DNA of 5,703 nucleotides. It comes from Zygophlyctis sp. KS116 (taxonomy: Eukaryota > Fungi > Chytridiomycota). The stretch is taken from assembly GCA_054661495.1 (NCBI GenBank), contig BAAFSQ010000472.1, forward strand, positions 1 to 5,703, in the 5' to 3' direction. How positions within the stretch are numbered: position 1 is the stretch's first letter; each line of letters opens with the position of its first letter. The translations under genes and the position numbers were made by a program. This document shows positions 1 through 5,703 of this stretch, in pieces. Under the pieces are notes generated by a model, which was given only the letters and a program-made list of their open reading frames with translations, searched no databases and was not told the origin of the DNA.

Positions 1-351
1 AAATAAATGCAAAGGTAATCAGCATCTATCAGAAGATTTAAATCCGAAAAATAAATTGCTTGCTAAAAATTGGACATTTACATCTAGAAGCTTTACCGAA
101 CAACAGTTGAGCGATAGAACTTGCAGACGATATTAAGTCGCAGGCAATGATGAATGGATCCGTTGGTTTGCATTCTTTCTATTGGCCAGTTGGCCTGTAG
201 GGCAAAAGTCGCATACGTTGAATACCTTACTTCTGAAGGTAAATTATATTTTCAGATTATCAGTTTTATAGTCATGAAAGAAATCAAGAATATAATTATT
301 TTATACAGCATAAATTAAAAGATTTCCATCAAAGAGGAATTTATCTAAGAG

Positions 352-387
352 GTGCAATGTCCGATCGAGTTTTTCCGGACATTGTGC
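352..387. repeat. Inverted repeat / potential hairpin upstream of CPSF1
   Basis: CAATGTCCG (355-363) is the exact reverse complement of CGGACATTG (376-384), with a 12-nt spacer. The stem extends to 352/387 through two G.U pairs and one G-C pair. Confidence 0.6.
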
Positions 388-426
388 AAAGGTGACAGTT
401 TAGGCGCTCAAAGGTTCTTTTTTACA

Positions 427-3400
427 ATGTATTTGTACAATGAACTTCGCAATTCAGATCTTGTCAAGTGGGCAGTGCCAGGGGATTTTCATGGGATCGG
501 ATTGGTTCTGGGATATTCCAATAGAATCGTTTATTATAGACTGATTAACGGCAAGTATAAATTTGAAGTTGATCTAGACTTAAACGGAAGCTTGAAAGAC
601 TTGAAAATAATTAAATTGTCAAATGGGACAGATGGTCTATTGATGGCATTTGCCGATGCTAAAGTAAGCTTGTTAGAGTATAATCAGGGCTTACATACTT
701 TTACAACTATTTCAATTCATTATTATGAAAGAGAAGAATATAAAAGAGATGCACTAATTTATAAGCCAGATCCAAGGTTATATGTGGATCCTCAGAATCG
801 AGTTGCAATGTGTAGATTTTATAATGAAAGATTAGCAATAATTCCTTTTAAGAATGATCAGGATGACGATCAAATTAAACAACCTTATCAGCCTTCATAT
901 GTCATTTCATTCTCTGCTATTGATCCTTCAATTAAAAATGTGGTAGACATGGTGTTTTTGGCTGATTATTTTGAACCTACACTTGCTATACTATATGAAC
1001 CTTGGCCAACTTGGGCTGGACAATTGGATATTGTTAAGGATTCTAAATGTTTAATGGTTGTATCACTCTCATTAAATACTAAAACCTATCCTACGTTATA
1101 CAAGGTCTCCAAATTACCATTTAATGCAACTAAATTGGTTCCAGTTCCGGCTCCAACTGGTGGTTTAGTTATATGTTGTCCGAATGGACTTATACACGTT
1201 GATCAGGCATGTACTCCTGCTGCGATTGGTGTTAATGCATATTTTGGTTTAGAGGATTATTGGGATGATAAGAATTTATTGTATAAAGCGGCAACAGATG
1301 AAAAAGAGTTGGGAATGGTGTTGGAAATGCCACAAGCAGCCTTTCTAAATCCAGATACGATGATGTTGATTCCAGAATCTGGAGAAGTACTATTGTTTGA
1401 TTTGATTGGTCATGAAGATGCAGGACGAGGATGGAAACGAAAGAGATCAGGAGTTGTTGAATTTAAAATGACTCGTATTGGATTAAGAGGTCCTCCTTCT
1501 TCTTCTTTGGAAAGACTGGGACCTTGGAGTCAGGATGGATCTTTATTTTGGGCATCTAATTGTGGTGATTCATTGATTTTAAAATACACGGAATCGGTTG
1601 GGAGTTCAAAAACTAGTAAAATTAGCGTCGACATGGAGGATTTGGATGATGAAATTTATGGGGATTCTAATGCCATTCAACCTCTGGAAGTAGACGTAGA
1701 ATCAGGATTTAAATTTCAGGTTTGTGATGTTTGGCCCGCTATCACTCCTTTGCAAGATTTTGCTGTGGGGAACCCGGTAGCCTTTTCGAATATTGAAACC
1801 AAATGTGATCATCCTGTTCTTGAAATTGTTGCATGTTCTGGAGAAGGTCATACTGGAGCTCTGGGTATCATATCTGAATCCATTCGCCCACAAATAATAT
1901 CTTCTTTCGATATGGATGGGATAATTGACATGTGGACTGTGAAGTGCTCCAATGTAGAGTCAGAATATCATTCATATCTTGTTCTATCAAAAGAAAATTC
2001 TACAATGGTTCTTCAAACAGGGCAAGAGCTCACTCAAGTTAAAGATGCCGAATTTTATACAGAAGGTCCTACAGTTGTGGCCGATTCCGTTTTAAATGAT
2101 ACAGTGATAGTTCAAATTGAACCTAACAAAATTATTCTGCTAAATATCGAAGGCAAAAGAATAAAGGAAAAAGTTGTCGGAGATGACGATATGTGGATTG
2201 TTTCTTCTTCTATTTTGGATCCATATTTGCAAATACTGACCAATTCAGGCAAATTGTTCGTCTTTAAAGTAACTACCCAGAATGAAATAGAAGAAATTTT
2301 TGAATATCAGGTATATACTGTTTACAATAATTTCATCAGGAAAGTATCGTATCCGCCAGTACCTTATATAAGAGCTCTGGGAATGATTATTTTAAAACAT
2401 TATGCGACTTGAAAGCATTTAATGATCTAAACAAAGCCAGTGCCCCGGTTTCTACAATTCCCATTGGTAGTCAAAATACTACTGATGAGTTGATGGATGA
2501 CGAAGACATGGAATTATATGGTGAAGATGATAGTGCTGAAGAAATGGAATTAGATGCAGCTAAAGCTGTTAAAATTCCTGAAACTGGATCTATAGATAAT
2601 GGCGCTGCTAAAGAATATTTTTGGATTGTCATATATGGTGAAGAAGGATGGCTGCGGGTAATTATGTTTTACGCTAATATGTACAGATTATTTTGATTTC
2701 TGACTTAAAAGAATACTTTTTTGTTCCAGACTTCGATTTTCTGCGCACCATTGTATTTGATTGTCCTGATAAGTCAAATTTAAAGCCAACAGGACGGCCA
2801 TCATATGATATTAATGAGATATTGTTGGTGAATTTAGGCCCTTCCGAAACAACCCAAGATCCTTATCTCATTGTAAGAATGTCTTCTATATTTAACTTTT
2901 TCAGGTAACAACGGATCAAAACGAATATACTGCTTATAAGATTTTCACATATTGTGATTATTCGAACGATCATATCGATTCAAATGAAACTGATAGATTA
3001 GCGATCCGAATGGCGAAAATAAGAAGTGGCGTAATTTGCAGAGATCCCAAGCTATATAATGAGGAAGATGAAGATAAGGCTCAACCACTAGATCAAAGAC
3101 CAAGGCCTACCTTCTTAAAGAAGTTACGCCTCAGAAAGTTTGAGAGAATCGGTTTTCATGGAACTGGGCTGTATTCTGGTGTTTTTGTTGCAGGTAAAAC
3201 ACCTTTGTGGTTGATGATGGCGACCAATCTAGGGAATGGACCTGTATTGGAGAATATACAAGAAAATGAACAAAACGTACAAGAGCCTCCGGTTGCTCTA
3301 TATGGAAAAGGAATGCTCCAACAGCATCCAATGATTTCAGACGGCCCGATAATATGCTTTGCCCCTCTTCATAATGTAAATGTCCAAAATGGATTTATAT

Positions 3401-5005
3401 ATGTGTCTGATAAGGGTCACTTAAGACTCTGTCAACTACCCGCACAATTTAACTATGATGCAGAATGGCCATTTTGCAAAATTCCTCTAGGTAGGACTCC
3501 TGAAAAGGTTGCAAATCATTATTCAAGTCATACATATGTTATAGCGACATCTACATCAAGTGAATTTATATTTTCAAAGGCACAGTATGCGTCTGCTGTA
3601 GCTTCCGGAGTGATTGACGAAGGAGAGGAACTTCTAGACAGTGAAATGAGATTTTATGGATTTAGAGATGAACATAGGACGAAAGGAATGTATTGGCCAG
3701 TTTCACCACTTTATAAATTGGAACTAGTATCTCCAGTCACTTGGGAGACAGTTGATTCGTAAGCTTAAATCTTATAATTGATCAGGGTGAATTTAGAAGA
3801 AGCAGAACAAATAACGGGGTTAGAAGAAGTAGAATTAGAGAGTAAAGAAACTGCTTCAGGTCGTAAACTCTTTATAGCTGTGGCAACATCATACAATAGA
3901 AGTGAAGAACTATCAGTACGTGGAAGGGTAAATTATTTAAATTGTTTTTAAATATTTTAGGTACTTTTATATGATGTTATTGATGTTGTTCCTGAAATTG
4001 ATAATCCTCAAACATGTCATAAATTTAAAAAAATCACGGTGGTTGAAGATAAATCTCCCGTATCTGCTGTTTGTGCTGTGAATGGTTACCTACTTGTTGG
4101 TCAAGGATCAAAAGTATTTTATTTGACTTATTTGTAGGTTATTATGTACGCATTTGAAGACCAAGAATTGACTGGAGTTGCATTTTTCGATGTTAGCATC
4201 TTTATTACACATTTGGTGTCTGTAAAAAATTTGATATTGGCTAGTGATATAACCAAAAGTGTTTCATTTTTAGTTTTTCAGGTATTTAGTCAGGTTTAAT
4301 TTGTAGGAAGAACCCCCTAAAATTGTTTTATTGGGTAAAGACTATTACCCCATGAGAGTTTATAACTCTAATTTTGTGATTGATCAGGATAAATTATCTT
4401 TTGCTGTAACTGATGAGAATAATAACCTACATATGATGGCCTACAATCCATTTAGTATCATTTTATAACTTATTAGTAGGTGTTCTTTCTCTTGGTGGTC
4501 AAAAACTAATTTCTTCTGGTCAACTTCATAAAGGATCTGATACAATGGCTTGTAAACGTTTAAATATGCCTCATAAGTTTCGAATCCAGCAAGGATGCAT
4601 TTTAGGTATATTTTTATGTTTTTGATTTATATTCTAGGCTCATCAGATGGAACAATGTCTATGGTATCACCAATCTCAGAAAAGTTATATCGAAGATTAT
4701 ATAGTTTGTATTCCAGGATGGTTACTAGTTTACAACATACTGCAGGCCTAAATCCACGTGGCTATCGGTAATTTCATTTATTAACAATAATTAGTCATGC
4801 CCAACAAGTCAATCGTCCTCTTGCGAGTCATTCAATCGCATCTGGTCCTCCCGGCCCTAAATCAATATTGGATGGAACATTATTATCTGAATATCTAAAC
4901 CTTTCTTATCAGCAACAATTAGAACTAGCAAAAGCAGTCGGATCTAATGTCGATCGTATCATGGATGATTTGCTTGAAATATTGAGAGCATTTAAATCAT
5001 TTTAA
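427..5005 (+). CDS. CPSF1: Cleavage and polyadenylation specificity factor subunit 1 (CPSF160/Cft1), 1431 aa; join(427..2310,2340..2657,2687..2872,2905..3758,3786..3927,3961..4113,4138..4281,4307..4454,4480..4605,4638..4767,4795..5005)
   Basis: Manual splicing at ten GT-AG introns gives one continuous frame of 4296 nt (1431 aa plus TAA at 5003-5005). Family-typical segments recognised in order: MYLY start, AFADAKVSLLEY..TISIHYYE, VVDMVFLADYFEPTLAILYEP..TWAG, LVPVPAPTGG, acidic DDEIYG and DEDMELYG loops, VACSGEGHTGAL, HPM..DGPI.CFAPLHNVN, RSEELSVRGR, DVIDVVPE, LTGVAFFD, VKNLILASDITKSV, QEEP..LLGKDY, SLGGQKL, AGLNPRGYR and ILDG.LL. The start is ATG 427 (TTACAATG), not the GTG at 352 used by the ORF track. 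Confidence 0.96.
2311..2339 (+). other. CPSF1 intron 1 (29 nt, phase 0)
   Basis: GTATAT...TAATTTCATCAG. Removal joins IFEYQ to ESIVSASTLYKSSG, which is the frame of ORF 2409..2696. Confidence 0.9.
2658..2686 (+). other. CPSF1 intron 2 (29 nt, phase 0)
   Basis: GTAATT...GCTAAT...TACAG. Joins EGWLR to IILISDLKEYF. Confidence 0.92.
2873..2904 (+). other. CPSF1 intron 3 (32 nt, phase 0)
   Basis: GTAAGA...TTTAACTTTTTCAG. Joins DPYLI to VTTDQNEYTAYKIF, which is the frame of ORF 3010..3762. Confidence 0.93.
3759..3785 (+). other. CPSF1 intron 4 (27 nt, phase 2)
   Basis: GTAAGC...TGATCAG. Contains an in-frame TAA. Joins WETVDS to VNLEEAEQIT. Confidence 0.93.
3928..3960 (+). other. CPSF1 intron 5 (33 nt, phase 0)
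   Basis: GTAAAT...ATTTTAG. Contains an in-frame TAA. Joins SVRGR to VLLYDVIDVVPE. Confidence 0.94.
4114..4137 (+). other. CPSF1 intron 6 (24 nt, phase 0)
   Basis: GTATTTTATTTGACTTATTTGTAG. The terminal TAG is an in-frame stop. Joins GQGSK to VIMYAFED. Confidence 0.93.
4282..4306 (+). other. CPSF1 intron 7 (25 nt, phase 0)
   Basis: GTATTTAGTCAGGTTTAATTTGTAG. Joins SFLVFQ to EEPPKIVLLGKDY. Confidence 0.94.
4455..4479 (+). other. CPSF1 intron 8 (25 nt, phase 1; alternative acceptor at 4476 would give 22 nt)
   Basis: GTATCA...TAACTTATTAGTAG. Gives YNPF-S-VLSLGGQKL. Confidence 0.88.
4606..4637 (+). other. CPSF1 intron 9 (32 nt, phase 1)
   Basis: GTATAT...TTGATTTATATTCTAG. Gives GCIL-G-SSDGTM. 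Confidence 0.93.
4768..4794 (+). other. CPSF1 intron 10 (27 nt, phase 2)
   Basis: GTAATT...ATTAACAATAATTAG. Contains an in-frame TAA. Gives GLNPRGY-R-HAQQ. Confidence 0.92.
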
Positions 5006-5026
5006 ATCTTAAATAGAGTTAGGGCG

Positions 5027-5035
5027 ATGAGTCAA
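5027..5035. promoter_or_regulatory. Candidate AP-1/Gcn4-type bZIP site (ATGAGTCAA)
   Basis: An exact TGAGTCA heptamer at 5028-5034 lies in the 62-nt intergenic gap, 33 nt upstream of the kinase ATG. This is a motif match only. Confidence 0.25.
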
Positions 5036-5067
5036 CTTTTTTGCTTTTTGAGTTTTCAATATTTATC

Positions 5068-5703
5068 ATGGCAAACCGTTCAAAAGTACCGACCGACTCA
5101 TTGTCTAAATATCATACTCTTCCGGTTCCCCAAAAAAAAATTCACCGGCTTTCTCTTCCTTGTGGCGATCAGCTTCATCGTCCATGTCCATTTTGCAAAC
5201 TTGAAAGAGTCGGAGATTTTTCTATTCTTAAACTGTTGGGATCTGGAGCATATTCTAAAGTATATCTAGCTGATCATCCATCATATCAGTCTCCTTTCGC
5301 CTTGAAACTCTTGTTAAAATCAATAGAAAATCAGTCAATATTTGAAAACGAAGTCTCCATACTAACTGAAGCACAACACCCAAACATTGTGAAGATGATT
5401 GATCATTTTGAAACAGAGGATCTATATTGTATTGTTCTGGAACACATTGCTGGTCTTGATCTCTATGAAGTCATCTCTAAAGATTATTCATCATTGACTA
5501 GAAATAAACAAAAAGAAATATTTAAGCAGATTGTAGTTGGTACGTATGAAAATAATATTAATTAAAGCTGTTGCATACCTACATTCTATTGATATCTCTC
5601 ATCGGGATATAAAGGCTGAAAATATATTGTTAAAAAATTCAAAAGTAACTCTAATAGATTTTGGATTTGCACAAAAGATTGTAGCTTCGAATCCATTATC
5701 TCA
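5068..5703 (+). CDS. Serine/threonine protein kinase, probably CAMK group, 3' partial; join(5068..5539,5568..>5703)
   Basis: The first in-frame ATG is at 5068. Exon 1 has the Gly-loop LGSGAYSKV, FALK (catalytic Lys), helix-C Glu in FENEV, HPNIVKM and the hinge IVLEH..G.DLYE. After the 28-nt intron the frame reads AVAYLHSIDISHRDIKAENILL...LIDFGFA, so the HRD and DFG motifs are intact. The subfamily cannot be assigned from the sequence alone. Confidence 0.93.
5540..5567 (+). other. Kinase intron (28 nt, phase 1, AAG acceptor)
   Basis: GTACGT...ATTAATTAAAG. Removal restores FKQIVV-A-VAYLH. The nearby GTATGA donor at 5544 gives the wrong frame. Confidence 0.9.

Noticed and set aside
340-400. Hairpin as a SECIS element, tRNA fragment, riboswitch or rho-independent terminator
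   Set aside because: It has no AUGA/GA quartet, no cloverleaf or TPP aptamer motifs and no trailing U-tract, and the context is eukaryotic.
352-426. N-terminal extension of the 686-aa ORF from GTG 352
   Set aside because: This is a eukaryotic gene and CPSF1 similarity begins at ATG 427 (MYLY). The GTG start comes from a prokaryote-style ORF caller.
664-679. Strong donor-like GTAAGC followed by AG in exon 1
   Set aside because: It encodes the conserved AKVSLLEY motif, so splicing here would destroy it.
1702-1893. 63-aa minus-strand ORF
   Set aside because: Antisense to conserved CPSF1 exon 1, with no recognisable motif.
2483-2560. GAT/GAA-rich repetitive stretch
   Set aside because: It encodes the acidic loop (DDEDMELYGEDD) typical of CPSF1 and is not an independent repeat.
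3131-3331. 66-aa minus-strand ORF
   Set aside because: Antisense to CPSF1 exon 4, with no recognisable motif.
352-3762. Four separate ORFs with overlapping stop/start codons, suggesting an operon, a frameshifted pseudogene or programmed frameshifting
   Set aside because: Each break coincides with a GT-AG intron whose removal restores one continuous CPSF1 frame.
4114-4306. Introns 6 and 7 share ends (GTATTT...ATTTGTAG), a possible introner family
   Set aside because: The similarity is limited to low-complexity T-rich splice signals. The interiors differ, and I see no terminal inverted repeats or consistent target duplications across the introns.
3760-4771. In-frame TAA/TAG stops suggesting an alternative genetic code
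   Set aside because: All lie within intron sequences that would add non-homologous residues. Exons contain no internal stops and the gene ends in TAA.
5132-5140. A9 run in the kinase 5' coding region as a slippery site
   Set aside because: The frame is intact through it (QKKI) and no shift is needed.

Overview
This is AT-rich eukaryotic genomic DNA from a very compact genome. An early-diverging fungus such as a chytrid is my inference, not something the sequence shows. Most of the window is one intact spliced gene, CPSF1/CFT1 (CPSF160, the scaffold of the mRNA cleavage and polyadenylation factor), at 427..5005 on the + strand with 11 exons and 1431 aa. The ORF track splits this gene into pieces and misses its last third, because it is interrupted by ten very small GT-AG introns of 24-33 nt. 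A Ser/Thr protein kinase gene starts only 62 nt after the CPSF1 stop, has one 28-nt intron and runs off the window. Bases 1..426 are unresolved but include a clean inverted repeat just upstream of CPSF1. The proteins are ordinary; the gene architecture is the interesting part. It shows ultra-short introns with degenerate signals, a run of exons spaced at about nucleosome length, strong 3' clustering of introns, in-frame stops in every 3n intron, a TAGTAG tandem acceptor and almost no intergenic space. I found no mobile element, RNA gene or CRISPR array.
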